The notes: generated by a model from the letters alone, not told the origin. Counted from the first letter of the stretch, positions 36,168 through 45,784 are shown. The stretch is 64,000 bases of DNA from Spirochaetae bacterium HGW-Spirochaetae-3 (GCA_002839315.1 PGXV01000005.1:222016-286015), one strand, 5' to 3'. Made by a program: numbers and translations.

Positions 36168-37466
36168 ATGCGAATCGATGAATGCGTATACGCGCGCGGC
36201 TCGGCCGCCGACTCCATATCCGACGAAGCGCTGGCGCAGGCCTTTATCGAGGCGCTGCAGTCCATAGGGCCTCGCCATCGCGTACTGGCTCTGCCGCCCG
36301 ACGGCACGAGGAACCACTCGAAGGCCGGCGTGCTGTTGAAGGCCGCCTATGATTACTACGGCGACGCGCTCGCCGCGGTGATGCCTGCCCTCGGCACGCA
36401 CCGGCCAATGAGCGACGCGGCGATCGGCGCGATGTACCCCGGCGTGCCGTCGGGACTGTTCCGGCCCCATGACTGGAGGCGTGACGTCGTAGAGCTGGGA
36501 CGCGTGCCTGAAAGCTTCGTCAGAGAGGTTTCGGAAGGGTTGTGCGCCTTCGACTGGCCCGCCCAGGTCAATCGGCTCGTCGTCAACGGCGGGTTCGACC
36601 TGGTACTGTCGCTGGGCCAGGTCGTGCCGCACGAGGTCGTCGGCATGGCCAACTATACGAAGAACCTGTTCGTCGGCGTAGGCGGCAAGGACGGCATCGA
36701 CCGGTCGCACTGGATAGGCGCCGCCTACGGGATCGAGCGCACGCTCGGCCGCGTCGATACGCCGGTCAGAGCCGTGCTCGACTACGCCCAGGAACGCTTC
36801 GCTTCGGCCATCCCGACGCTGTACGCGCTGACGGTCGTCGGGCCGGAAGACCGAAGCGGCGTCGCCGACGGCGATCTCGTTACGAGGGGACTGTTCGTGG
36901 GCGCGGGCCGCGAAGCGTTCTCCAGGGCCGCCGCCTTGTCCGCGGAGGTCAATATTCTGTACCTGCCCAAGGCCGCGGCGAAGGTCGTCGTCTACCTGGA
37001 CCCCGATTCCTTCAAGTCCACCTGGCTGGGCAACAAGGCGATCTATCGGACGCGGCTCGCGATAGCCGACGCCGGGGAGCTCCTCGTGCTGGCCCCCGGC
37101 GTCGACAGCTTCGGCGAGGACAAGGCTATAGACGAGACGATACGCGACTACGGCTACTGCGGCGCCGCCATGGCGCGGGAACTCGTCGAATCGGGAGAGC
37201 TGGCCGGCGACCTCGCGGGCGCGGCTCACCTCGCGCACGGCTCGACCGAAGGGCGATTCTCGGTGACGTACGCCTCCGGCGGCCTTGGGCGCGCCGAGAT
37301 CGAGGACGTCGGCTACCGTTGGGCCGACTGCCAGGAATCGATGGGGCGCTACGGGCCGGATATCCTCAAGGATGGCTGGAACGTCGTGGGCGGCGAGGAA
37401 ATCTTCTTCATACGCAATCCGGCGCTAGGCCTCTGGGCGACCAGGGAACGGTTCGCGGCGAGCTAG
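36168..37466 (+). CDS. LarA-like (DUF2088, lactate racemase family) protein
   Basis: 432 aa. LPPDGTRN (cf. LarA SDHTRP), ALGTHRP (cf. ATGFHRP) and PHEVVGMANYTKN (cf. SHFFAGFSGGRKS, Lys retained). The LarA comparison is recalled from memory. Confidence 0.55.
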   Translation: MRIDECVYARGSAADSISDEALAQAFIEALQSIGPRHRVLALPPDGTRNHSKAGVLLKAAYDYYGDALAAVMPALGTHRPMSDAAIGAMYPGVPSGLFRPHDWRRDVVELGRVPESFVREVSEGLCAFDWPAQVNRLVVNGGFDLVLSLGQVVPHEVVGMANYTKNLFVGVGGKDGIDRSHWIGAAYGIERTLGRVDTPVRAVLDYAQERFASAIPTLYALTVVGPEDRSGVADGDLVTRGLFVGAGREAFSRAAALSAEVNILYLPKAAAKVVVYLDPDSFKSTWLGNKAIYRTRLAIADAGELLVLAPGVDSFGEDKAIDETIRDYGYCGAAMARELVESGELAGDLAGAAHLAHGSTEGRFSVTYASGGLGRAEIEDVGYRWADCQESMGRYGPDILKDGWNVVGGEEIFFIRNPALGLWATRERFAAS

Positions 37467-37584
37467 GCTATCGTCTCCGAGCTTTTCGGCGCGTGGGCGG
37501 CCTTTCCCGCCCGAGCGTCGTCCGTACGCTATATTCGTATACTATGACGGCGCGCTTCCGTGCGGGCCGGGGACGGAGTTTGGT

Positions 37585-38589
37585 ATGGAACAGGACAGGG
37601 GCGCCTCCGAGGCCTACGGCATCATATCCAGGGTGCGGGCCGCGATGGCCGAGCGGCTGGTCGGCAAGTCTGATATGGTCGACGCGATACTTACCGCCGT
37701 CATGTCGGACGGGCACGTCCTGCTCGAAGGCGTTCCGGGCCTTGCCAAGACCCTCGCTGTCCGGACCTTCGCCGAGGCCGCCGGGCTATCGTACAAGCGC
37801 ATCCAGTTTACCCCCGACCTCTTGCCCGGCGACGTGACGGGGACCCTGTTCTACGACGCGGGTACCGGGAGCTTCGTGCCCCGCCAGGGGCCGGTCTTCG
37901 CCAACATCGTGCTGGCCGACGAGATCAACCGGGCCCCGGCGAAGGTTCAGTCCGCGCTGCTCGAGGCGATGGAGGAACGTCAGGTGACCATGGGCGACCG
38001 GAGCCTGCCGCTACCGTCGCCGTTCTTCGTGCTCGCCACTCAGAATCCCATAGAGCACGAGGGTACCTTCCGCCTGCCGGAGGCGCAGCTGGATCGCTTC
38101 ATGCTCAAGGTCGTCGTCGGGTATCCGGACGCGTCGGAGGAACTCGACGTGGTGATGCGCTATGCCGACGGCCCTTCCGCCCGGCCCGCCTCGCGCGGCG
38201 TCGACGGGGCCATTTCGTCGGCCGACGTCGCGGTCCTGAAGGCCGCTGCGTCCGCGGTCCGCTTCGAACGCGACGCCGCCGAATACGCGGTGGCCATCGT
38301 CAGGGCGACTCGCCCCGGTTCGGACGCCAAGGACGCCCCGCAGGCCCTGCGCGAACTGTCCCGCTATATCGAATACGGCGCCAGCCCCCGCGGATCCATC
38401 GCGCTGTACCGCGCCTCCAGGGCGGCGGCCCTGATCGCCGGCCGGGATTACGTCCTCCCCGACGACGTCAAGCGATCCGCGCTGGCGGTATTGCGGCACC
38501 GCGTCGTCCCCTCGTACGAGGCCGAGGCGGACCGTATGGGTTCCGACGCCATCGTCAAGGGCGTCCTGTCGGCAGTCCCGGTGCCCTGA
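37585..38589 (+). CDS. MoxR-family AAA+ ATPase
   Basis: 334 aa. Walker A GVPGLAKT, Walker B VLADEINRA, and the MoxR-type C-terminal lid. Confidence 0.9.
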   Translation: MEQDRGASEAYGIISRVRAAMAERLVGKSDMVDAILTAVMSDGHVLLEGVPGLAKTLAVRTFAEAAGLSYKRIQFTPDLLPGDVTGTLFYDAGTGSFVPRQGPVFANIVLADEINRAPAKVQSALLEAMEERQVTMGDRSLPLPSPFFVLATQNPIEHEGTFRLPEAQLDRFMLKVVVGYPDASEELDVVMRYADGPSARPASRGVDGAISSADVAVLKAAASAVRFERDAAEYAVAIVRATRPGSDAKDAPQALRELSRYIEYGASPRGSIALYRASRAAALIAGRDYVLPDDVKRSALAVLRHRVVPSYEAEADRMGSDAIVKGVLSAVPVP

Positions 38590-39485
38590 TGGACGAGGCG
38601 TCGCTCCGCGAGCGTATACGCAGGCTCGTCTTCGCCGCTCCCGCCCTTTCCGAGGCCCTCGGCTCGGGTAACTTCAGGTCCGTATTCAAGGGTCGAGGCA
38701 TGGACTTCGAGGCGTTGCGCGAGTACGACGCCGGCGACGACGCGATGCGCATGGATTGGAACGCTACCGCGCGCTTCGGCAAGCCGTACGTGAAAACCTA
38801 TAAGGACGACCGCGACCTGACCCTCTACCTCGTCATCGACGAGTCTCCCTCGATGGAATTCGGCGCCGGCCGGACCAAGCGGGAGACCGCCGCGTTGGCC
38901 GCGTCGTTACTGGCCTACGCGTGCTCGCTTAACGGCATACGCGTAGGCGCGCTATTCTTCGGCGGCGCCGCCGCGATGGACGGGAGGGCGCCGGCCGCCG
39001 GTCAGGGAGCCGCGAGAGCCCTTATGGAGCGTCTGGCCGGCGGATCGGCTCGCGCCGCGGCGAGCGCCGGCGAAACGGCCGGATCCGACCTGGGAGCGGC
39101 CCTGACCGCCGCAGCGTCGATACTGAAGCGTCGTAGCCTCGTCCTCGTCGTCAGCGACTTCATGACCTCGGGCTACGCCCTGCCGCTCGCGTTGCTGGCC
39201 CGCAGGAACGACGTGGCGGCGTTGCGCGTGCACGACCGGCTCGACTCCGAACCCCCAGGGGTCGGGTTGTCGCTCAGGGTCGCCGACGCGGAATCGGGGG
39301 CTTCCAGGCTGGTAGTACCGAGATCGGCCGCTTACCGCGAGGCGCGCACGCGCTCGGCCAAGACCGCCAGGCTCGAGTGGCTCGTCGCGCTGTCCGCGTC
39401 GAAGGTCCCGTATCTTGAGATGGATTCCGCGACCGATCCCGTAGAGTCCCTCGTGGCGTTCTTCGGGCGCCGAAGGAGCGCCTGA
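38589..39485 (+). CDS. DUF58 domain protein (MoxR partner)
   Basis: 298 aa. REYDAGDDAMRMDWNATARFGKPYVKTY and LVIDESPSM motifs are typical of DUF58. TGATG overlap with the moxR gene. Confidence 0.8.
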   Translation: MDEASLRERIRRLVFAAPALSEALGSGNFRSVFKGRGMDFEALREYDAGDDAMRMDWNATARFGKPYVKTYKDDRDLTLYLVIDESPSMEFGAGRTKRETAALAASLLAYACSLNGIRVGALFFGGAAAMDGRAPAAGQGAARALMERLAGGSARAAASAGETAGSDLGAALTAAASILKRRSLVLVVSDFMTSGYALPLALLARRNDVAALRVHDRLDSEPPGVGLSLRVADAESGASRLVVPRSAAYREARTRSAKTARLEWLVALSASKVPYLEMDSATDPVESLVAFFGRRRSA

Positions 39486-40390
39486 TGCGCCCCGCTCGCA
39501 GGGCCGTCGCGTCCCTATTGATCGCCGCCGTATGCGTCATCGCTTCCGCCGAAGGCGTATCAACGGGTAGGGTCGAGTTCGTGCCCGCGTCCTTCGTGCC
39601 CGGTCAGCTCGTGACGCTGTACGCGACGCTCGATCCCGGCGACGCTCGCTGGGCCGAGGCGACGCCCGGCGCGGTCTCCGTCGATGCCGGCGAGAACGGC
39701 CCGAGCGTGCTGTCCGTCGCCATGGAGAAGCGCTCCGGCGCTCCGTTGCTCGTCGTCCGATTCGTGGCCTGGCGAGCGGGACCAGGATTCCTGCCCGCGA
39801 TGACCGTCGGCGGCCTCGAGTCGCCGCGGATTCGGTTCGAATGCGTTTCGGCGCTTGCTGACGGCGATCTTCGGTCTCCGGAACCCTTGCCGCAACTCGA
39901 GCCTCCCGGCCTCTACGCGCGGCTCTACCTGCTGGGCGGAGCCCTCCTCGTCGTCATCGTCGCCGGACTGGCCGCCGCTACGAAGGCCGCTCCGTGGTTC
40001 CGAGCATTGGCGGCTAAGCGCGCCTTCGCAGCGGCCAGGCGCGAATTCGACGAATCCCTTGCGATGATCGCCGGCATCGGGTCGCAGACGGCCGCCTGGG
40101 CGGAGCTATGCTCGGTCGTCCGCCGTTTCGTAGGCCTTCGCTCGGGAAAAGACTGGAGCGCGCTGACGGCTTCGGAGGTCGAGTCGTTACCCGAAGACGC
40201 GGCGCCGGGCGGCGTCCTGGGCGACGTCGCCTCGATCCTGGCTACTGGCGACGCCGTCAGGTTCGCGGGAAGGCGCGACTCGCCGATAGGCGCGGGAGTC
40301 TCGCTCGCCGGTTCGATAGCCGACAGGCTGGACGAGGCCTGTCTCGAGCCCGTACCCCCCGAGAGCGCGAGCGAGAGGAAGGCGTCATGA
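39485..40390 (+). CDS. hypothetical membrane protein of the Bat-type operon
   Basis: 301 aa. Signal peptide plus a central TM (LYLLGGALLVVIVAGLAAA). Start and stop overlap both neighbours. Confidence 0.5.
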   Translation: MRPARRAVASLLIAAVCVIASAEGVSTGRVEFVPASFVPGQLVTLYATLDPGDARWAEATPGAVSVDAGENGPSVLSVAMEKRSGAPLLVVRFVAWRAGPGFLPAMTVGGLESPRIRFECVSALADGDLRSPEPLPQLEPPGLYARLYLLGGALLVVIVAGLAAATKAAPWFRALAAKRAFAAARREFDESLAMIAGIGSQTAAWAELCSVVRRFVGLRSGKDWSALTASEVESLPEDAAPGGVLGDVASILATGDAVRFAGRRDSPIGAGVSLAGSIADRLDEACLEPVPPESASERKAS

Positions 40391-41424
40391 TCTCGTTCGA
40401 GCATCCTCTCGCGCTCGCGCTATGCCTCGCGCCTCCCGCGGCGGCCGTAGCCTCCGCGATCCGTAACAGGAAGCGCCTGCGGTTATTGTCCCTCCCGCTG
40501 GACGTCTGGGGAGGTTCCCCGTCCGACGACGCCGCCGCACCTTGGCGCGCGGCGCTCGCGGCGTCAGTGATGCTCTACGGCCTGGCCTGGATGGCCCTGG
40601 CGGTCGCCGCCGCAGGGCCGGCGAGCGAGGCCGCGACGCGAACCTCGGCGAACGCCGGCCTCGACGTCGTCTTCGCCGTCGACGTGTCCCCCAGCATGGC
40701 CGCGCGCGATCTCGAGCCTACTCGCCTGGACGCCGCCAAGGCTTTCGTCCGCGCCTACGTCGAATCGCCGGAAGGCGCCGCTGGCGCGGCCGTCGGCCTG
40801 GTCGCGTTCGGAGCGGAGTCCGCCTTGGCATGTCCTCCGACGACCGATTACGCCGCCGTGCTGGACCGGCTGGACGCGATACGGCCCGGCATCCTCGGTG
40901 ACGGTACGGCGATAGGCCAGGGCCTGGCCAGCGCGTACAGGCAGATATCCGCGTCCGGCTCGCCCGGGGCCATAGCGGTGCTTCTGAGCGACGGCGAGGA
41001 TAACGTCGGGCTCTCGCACCCGGGCGACGCCGCGCGGGCGCTGAGACGCTACGGCGCCGGATTGCTCGTGGTGGGCTTAGGATCGCGCGGCGACGTGCCG
41101 ATAGACTACGTGGACCCGGCGACCGGCCAGCGCATGAGCGGCGCCTATCGCTCAGGTTTCGACGACGACGCGCTGTCGTCGATAGCGTCATCGGGGGGAG
41201 GCGAATACCGATCAGCGTCAGATGACCGAGGCCTCGCGGCCCTGGTTACGGAACTCGGGAGCATGGGCGCTGAAGCGAGGGGCGATACGGCGATGGACGG
41301 GAACGCGTATCGCGCCGTCTCGTCGACCAAGAAGCCCGTCGGTCGTTCCCTGTTCATCGCCGCGATGGCCCTGGCGACCATGGGTTGGGCCTTGCGCCGC
41401 CTCGCGTTCGGAGGCCTCGCATGA
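40387..41424 (+). CDS. batA: VWA-domain membrane protein (BatA-like)
   Basis: ORF 40108..41424 trimmed to the ATG at 40387 (ATGA overlap). N-terminal TMs, MIDAS motif DVSPSM, C-terminal TM. Confidence 0.75.
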   Translation: MISFEHPLALALCLAPPAAAVASAIRNRKRLRLLSLPLDVWGGSPSDDAAAPWRAALAASVMLYGLAWMALAVAAAGPASEAATRTSANAGLDVVFAVDVSPSMAARDLEPTRLDAAKAFVRAYVESPEGAAGAAVGLVAFGAESALACPPTTDYAAVLDRLDAIRPGILGDGTAIGQGLASAYRQISASGSPGAIAVLLSDGEDNVGLSHPGDAARALRRYGAGLLVVGLGSRGDVPIDYVDPATGQRMSGAYRSGFDDDALSSIASSGGGEYRSASDDRGLAALVTELGSMGAEARGDTAMDGNAYRAVSSTKKPVGRSLFIAAMALATMGWALRRLAFGGLA

Positions 41425-42479
41425 GTCGTCCTCTCTCGACGGTCGCCTGGACGCTGCTCCCGCTCATTCCGTACGCGCTATTGCAGATTCGATTCGTAGG
41501 CGGGCTCCGCTCCGTCCCGGCGGCGCTCGGCGCGGCGCCCGGTTCCGTCGCCTCGTGGCGGCGGTATATCGCTAGGCGCTCGCTCGCCGCCGCGTTCGGC
41601 GGATCGTTCTGGATCGCCTGCGCCCTTGCGTCGTCCGGGGTGATGACTCTTCCGCGGTATGTGTCGGAACCGGTGACCGGCGCCGAGATAGCCTTCGTGA
41701 TAGACGCGTCCAATTCGATGCTCAGCGTCGACGGCCGCCGAAGCCGGCTCGACGCGGCTAAGGAATTCGCCGGGAGGCTCGCCGCCTCCGCAGAGGGCGC
41801 CGGGCTCTCGGTCGTCGCCTTCAGGGGGCGACCGACGACGCTCTGCCCGTCTACCCGCGACAGGAAGGCGTTCGCAGACGCCTTGGGCTGGGCGGGTCCG
41901 ACGGTGACCAGCGCCGCGGGCTCCGATGTAGGGGCGGCGATAGACGAAGCGGCACGGCCCGTGTTCCGCGTCGGTACGGCCCGCGTTATCGTCGTCCTCA
42001 GCGACGGCAACGACACGGGCGGCGCCGCGGCCGCTGCATCCGCCAGGGCCGCGGCCGCCGGCGCCGCGCTCGCCTTCGTCGGTTTCGGCGGGCCTGAGGG
42101 GGCGCCCGTCGTCGATATCGACGGCGAGCCGGTCCTCGGGAAGGACGGCCTCGCCGTCCGGACGGCCCAGGACGAGGCCTCCATGCGCGGCTGGGCCGCC
42201 GCGGGCCGAGGCGCGTTCGCTCGGGCCGACGATCCCGACGCCTTCGCGAGGATAGCCGCCCTGTGCGTCGGGGCCGCCTCGTCGACGGGACGGAGACGAG
42301 ACGTCAGGGTCGAGGTGGACGCGTCGCCCACCCTCGCGCTCGTCGCGCTGGCTTCGCTCGGCGTTGCGCTAACGCTATCCGCGGCCCCGCGCGCGCCGCG
42401 GACTCCCGTTAGGAAGCGGAATGCCGCGACGCGGCGCGCTATACGAGTACGCGCCAGCGAGGAGCAAGCCGATGCGTGA
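41421..42479 (+). CDS. batB: VWA-domain membrane protein (BatB-like)
   Basis: ORF 41385..42479 trimmed to the ATG at 41421 (ATGA overlap). MIDAS motif DASNSM, with flanking TMs. Confidence 0.75.
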   Translation: MSRPLSTVAWTLLPLIPYALLQIRFVGGLRSVPAALGAAPGSVASWRRYIARRSLAAAFGGSFWIACALASSGVMTLPRYVSEPVTGAEIAFVIDASNSMLSVDGRRSRLDAAKEFAGRLAASAEGAGLSVVAFRGRPTTLCPSTRDRKAFADALGWAGPTVTSAAGSDVGAAIDEAARPVFRVGTARVIVVLSDGNDTGGAAAAASARAAAAGAALAFVGFGGPEGAPVVDIDGEPVLGKDGLAVRTAQDEASMRGWAAAGRGAFARADDPDAFARIAALCVGAASSTGRRRDVRVEVDASPTLALVALASLGVALTLSAAPRAPRTPVRKRNAATRRAIRVRASEEQADA

Positions 42480-43113
42480 TCGTACCATCCGGCCTGGGCG
42501 CCATAACGTAGCGCTGGCGGCCGTCGTCCTCGCTACGGCCGCGCTGTCGTCATGCGGTTCTTCCGACGCGTTTTTTATCGCGCGCGCCAATAGGCTCTTC
42601 CGGGACGGCTTCGCTCACGAGGCGGCCGCGCTGTACTTAAGAGCCGGAGCGGGCGAGGAGCCGATCGCATCGTACGATCTGGCGAACGTCTTCGCGTCGC
42701 TCGGCGAGGACGCCGCCGCACGGGCAATGCACGACAGGGCGATGGAGTCCGGAGACGCGGTCGTCGTAGCGCGGTCCTGGTACAATATCGGCGCCGGTGC
42801 CTACGCGCGGGGCGAGTACGCGGAGGCCGCCGCCGCCTTCAGGTCCGCGCTCGAGGTCCGGGCTCGATCCGAGGCGGAGCTAGGCGGCAGGGCCTCGGGG
42901 CCCGACGTAGCGCTCTCGCTCGAGATGGCCAGGGCCTACGAGCTGGCGCTGAAGGCCCAGGCCGAGCGGCGCGACGCCGGCGCGACGGAACGGAGCCCGT
43001 ACGGGGCCGGTCGCCCCGACGGCTCGGTCCAGCCGTTCGCGCTCTCGCGGACTGACGAGAAGACGCTGTTCGCTCCGGGATCCTCGGACCGCGGCGCCGC
43101 GGAGGACCACTGA
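42472..43113 (+). CDS. TPR-repeat lipoprotein (BatC-like)
   Basis: ORF 42421..43113 trimmed to the ATG at 42472. Lipobox LSSC and TPR-like Ala/Tyr-rich repeats. Confidence 0.6.
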   Translation: MRDRTIRPGRHNVALAAVVLATAALSSCGSSDAFFIARANRLFRDGFAHEAAALYLRAGAGEEPIASYDLANVFASLGEDAAARAMHDRAMESGDAVVVARSWYNIGAGAYARGEYAEAAAAFRSALEVRARSEAELGGRASGPDVALSLEMARAYELALKAQAERRDAGATERSPYGAGRPDGSVQPFALSRTDEKTLFAPGSSDRGAAEDH

Positions 43114-44945
43114 TGCGAGAACGATCCAGACCGCTCTCGATAGCGGTATTGGCTTGTACGCTCGCGGCGGCGGCCTGGGGACAGGAAGGTCGCACGGTCC
43201 GCATAATACCCGAGGCTCCCGAGGTCGGCGCCGCCTTTACCGTCGAGGCGTCGCTACCTGACGAGCGGGCCGAGGCGATCGTGCCGTCGGAGCCTGGCGT
43301 TTCCGGTCCAGCGCTCTATACGGGCGCCGACGTCCGGCCCGGCGACGGCGGGAACGCGGCCGTGATCGAGTATCGCTTCATCGTTACCGGGATAGGCAGG
43401 ATAGATATCATCGACCTGACCGCGCGGTCGCTCAACCGCTGGATACATCTCGGCTCGTGGTCGCTGGAGTCGGTCGCCGGCGTCCAGCCGCTCCCTGCGC
43501 GCCTCGGCTCGTGGGACGCGCCGCGTACGGTCGTGGCGCGCGAGATATTCAGGATCGCGACCCTGGGGCCGGACGGCGCGCCGATCGCCTGCCCGGCATT
43601 CGCGGTAGAGGGCGCCCTGTTCGAGCCGATACCCGGCGTCCCCGGCGCCTTCTACGCGGTAGCGCTGGATGCCGGGACTCTTCGGCTGCCTGCCCTGGAG
43701 ATAGGCGGCGCCGGAGACGCGTGCTCGCTGGCCGCGCGCTCCATCGAGTCGCGTCCGCTACCGCCGAGCGCCGCGAAAGCGCGCGCGGTAGGCGGCTCCT
43801 GGCGGCTGGAGCTCGCCGCGCCGCGGCCGGGAGCGACGGTCGGCTTGGACGAGATCGTCGCCTGGGATCTCCGGGCCGTCGGTCGAGGCTGGCCCGGCCT
43901 GGCCGCGCCTCCCTCGCTGTCCGTAGTGGCTCCCGATGGGACCCTGCCGCAAACGGGCGGCGGCACGGCTTATTCGTCCGGGACTGGCTCCGCCCTGGGC
44001 GTCGTCTCGGGAGCGCGAGGGGTTTTCTCGGTATCGGGCCCCGGTACGTACCTGGTACGCCCCGAGCCTTACCCCTGGTTCGATACGTCGACGGGAACCC
44101 TCAGGATGGCATCCGCCGCGGCCGTACGCGTCATCGTCACGGCGAGGCGGGAACCGGCGTGGCAGGCGCCCGACGGCGTAGCGGACTTTGCGCGGCGCTC
44201 TCTCGCGGCATTGGCCGAGGGCGACGCGCGATGGGAACCGCTCCTGGCCGCCGCCGATACGGGCGATAACCCCGATTGGTCGGCGATCAGGCTCGCGGCA
44301 CTTGGATCGGCCGGCGTCGGCTCGGGCAGGGGAGCCCTGGCTTCGGCCCGGTTTACCGGACCCGGAGCGAAGGATACGGCCGCGGCGCTCGCCGCGCTCG
44401 GCCTGCTCGCAGCGGGACGCGATGCGGAGAGCCGCGCGGAATCCTACTGCGTATTCCTTCGTCTGGAGAAGGCGGCGTTTCCCCTTCGCGGGGTCTCGGG
44501 GATGGCCGACGCGGCCGCTACGTCATTCGGTAACCTCTTACGCGTATCGTATGTTCTACCGCCGTTCGGATGGACGGCCGCCCTCGGCGCCTGCTTCGCG
44601 ATCGTCGCCTGTTGCGCTATCGCGGCCGTCATGATAGCCGCGCGCTCGGACGAAGGAGCCCGAAGGAGGCGCTCCGGTATTCGCGTCGTCGCCGTCGTAT
44701 CGGCCGTCCTGGGAGCGTCGTCTCTGGCGATTTCGGCGGCGTCGGCCGTCGAACGATCCGTGCCTCGATTCGTCAGCCTGGGCGGCCAGGCGCGTTCCGT
44801 ACCGTCCGAGCTCGCTATTCAAGGCCCCGCGATCGAGGCTGGCCGTACCGGGCGGGTCCTTCGATACGCGGATCGTTGGCTGTTCGTCGAGACGGACGAC
44901 GGCCGCGCCGTATGGCTCGTCGGAGACGACGCCGCACTATACTGA
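43113..44945 (+). CDS. large exported/membrane protein (BatD-like)
   Basis: 610 aa. Signal peptide, long extracytoplasmic region and C-terminal TMs. The position after BatA-C matches Bat-operon architecture. Confidence 0.55.
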   Translation: MRERSRPLSIAVLACTLAAAAWGQEGRTVRIIPEAPEVGAAFTVEASLPDERAEAIVPSEPGVSGPALYTGADVRPGDGGNAAVIEYRFIVTGIGRIDIIDLTARSLNRWIHLGSWSLESVAGVQPLPARLGSWDAPRTVVAREIFRIATLGPDGAPIACPAFAVEGALFEPIPGVPGAFYAVALDAGTLRLPALEIGGAGDACSLAARSIESRPLPPSAAKARAVGGSWRLELAAPRPGATVGLDEIVAWDLRAVGRGWPGLAAPPSLSVVAPDGTLPQTGGGTAYSSGTGSALGVVSGARGVFSVSGPGTYLVRPEPYPWFDTSTGTLRMASAAAVRVIVTARREPAWQAPDGVADFARRSLAALAEGDARWEPLLAAADTGDNPDWSAIRLAALGSAGVGSGRGALASARFTGPGAKDTAAALAALGLLAAGRDAESRAESYCVFLRLEKAAFPLRGVSGMADAAATSFGNLLRVSYVLPPFGWTAALGACFAIVACCAIAAVMIAARSDEGARRRRSGIRVVAVVSAVLGASSLAISAASAVERSVPRFVSLGGQARSVPSELAIQGPAIEAGRTGRVLRYADRWLFVETDDGRAVWLVGDDAALY

Positions 44946-44955
44946 GGAGACGCAC

Positions 44956-45444
44956 GTGGATTTCGGGGATATTCTCAATATGTGGGACGCGCAGACCCGT
45001 CCGGCCAAGGCCAAGAACATCAAGGCCGGCGGGGAGAAGGGCAAGGCGGCCGAATCGCAGGAGGCGTGGTTGAAGCGTTACGGCGTCCCCGGGCCGACCG
45101 TCGCCCGCAGCGATGAAACCGTGGAACGGCGACTGTCCAGGCGCGATATCGACGCGATGCCCATAGACGCCAGCATCGACCTGCACGGCATGACAGTCAG
45201 GGAGGCGGAAGCCGCGTTGGCTTCGTTCTTCGCGGCCGCCGAGCGTGCGGGGTGCGAGAAGATACTCATCGTGCACGGCAAGGGACTGCACTCGTCATCG
45301 GAGCCGGTGCTAGCGGGCCTGGTGAGGCGCTGGCTGGAGACGCGAACGTCGGCCGGAAGATCCGGCCATCCGGACGCGGCCAACGGCGGTAATGGGGCTA
45401 CGTGGGTGCTACTGAAGCGAACGAGCGATCAGCGCTCTCGGTAG
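44956..45444 (+). CDS. Smr-domain protein
   Basis: 162 aa, GTG start with a GAGGAG RBS. C-terminal [12 protein letters not shown]...[10 protein letters not shown] Smr motif. Confidence 0.8.
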   Translation: MDFGDILNMWDAQTRPAKAKNIKAGGEKGKAAESQEAWLKRYGVPGPTVARSDETVERRLSRRDIDAMPIDASIDLHGMTVREAEAALASFFAAAERAGCEKILIVHGKGLHSSSEPVLAGLVRRWLETRTSAGRSGHPDAANGGNGATWVLLKRTSDQRSR

Positions 45445-45650
45445 ATGATGCGACCTCGGGAAAGGTCATAGGGAGACAAGGCAACCCGTACGGTATCGCC
45501 CGGTACGATGCGGATATAGTGCTTGCGCATCTTGCCGGAGAGATGGGCCAGAATCAGGTGTCCGCCATTCTTCAATTCGACCCTGAACATGGTGTTGGGG
45601 AGGGCTTCGCGAACGACGCCCTCTACTTCGATGGCTTCTTCCTTGGCCAC
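45429..45650 (-). CDS. infA: translation initiation factor IF-1
   Basis: 73 aa, GTG start with an [21 protein letters not shown]...[14 protein letters not shown] is a canonical IF-1 sequence. 3' end overlaps the smr 3' end by 16 nt. Confidence 0.95.
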   Translation of the reverse strand: MAKEEAIEVEGVVREALPNTMFRVELKNGGHLILAHLSGKMRKHYIRIVPGDTVRVALSPYDLSRGRIIYRER

Positions 45651-45709
45651 AATGCCTCCTAAAAAGAAATACGACGTTCTCCATTGAACGGAGCGTCACT
45701 AGCGCTATA

Positions 45710-45738
45710 ATAGTACGGGCCGCGCAAGCACGTGTCAA
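45710..45738 (-). promoter_or_regulatory. candidate infA promoter
   Basis: On the minus strand, TTGACA-N17-TACTAT. Confidence 0.45.
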
Positions 45739-45755
45739 CCTAGGCCGCGAGGCGG

Positions 45756-45784
45756 TTGACACGGGTCCGCGATCCATGAATAGT
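45756..45784 (+). promoter_or_regulatory. candidate promoter of the dksA-like gene
   Basis: TTGACA-N17-AATAGT. Its -35 box and the infA -35 box form the inverted repeat GTGTCAAC..GTTGACAC. Confidence 0.45.
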
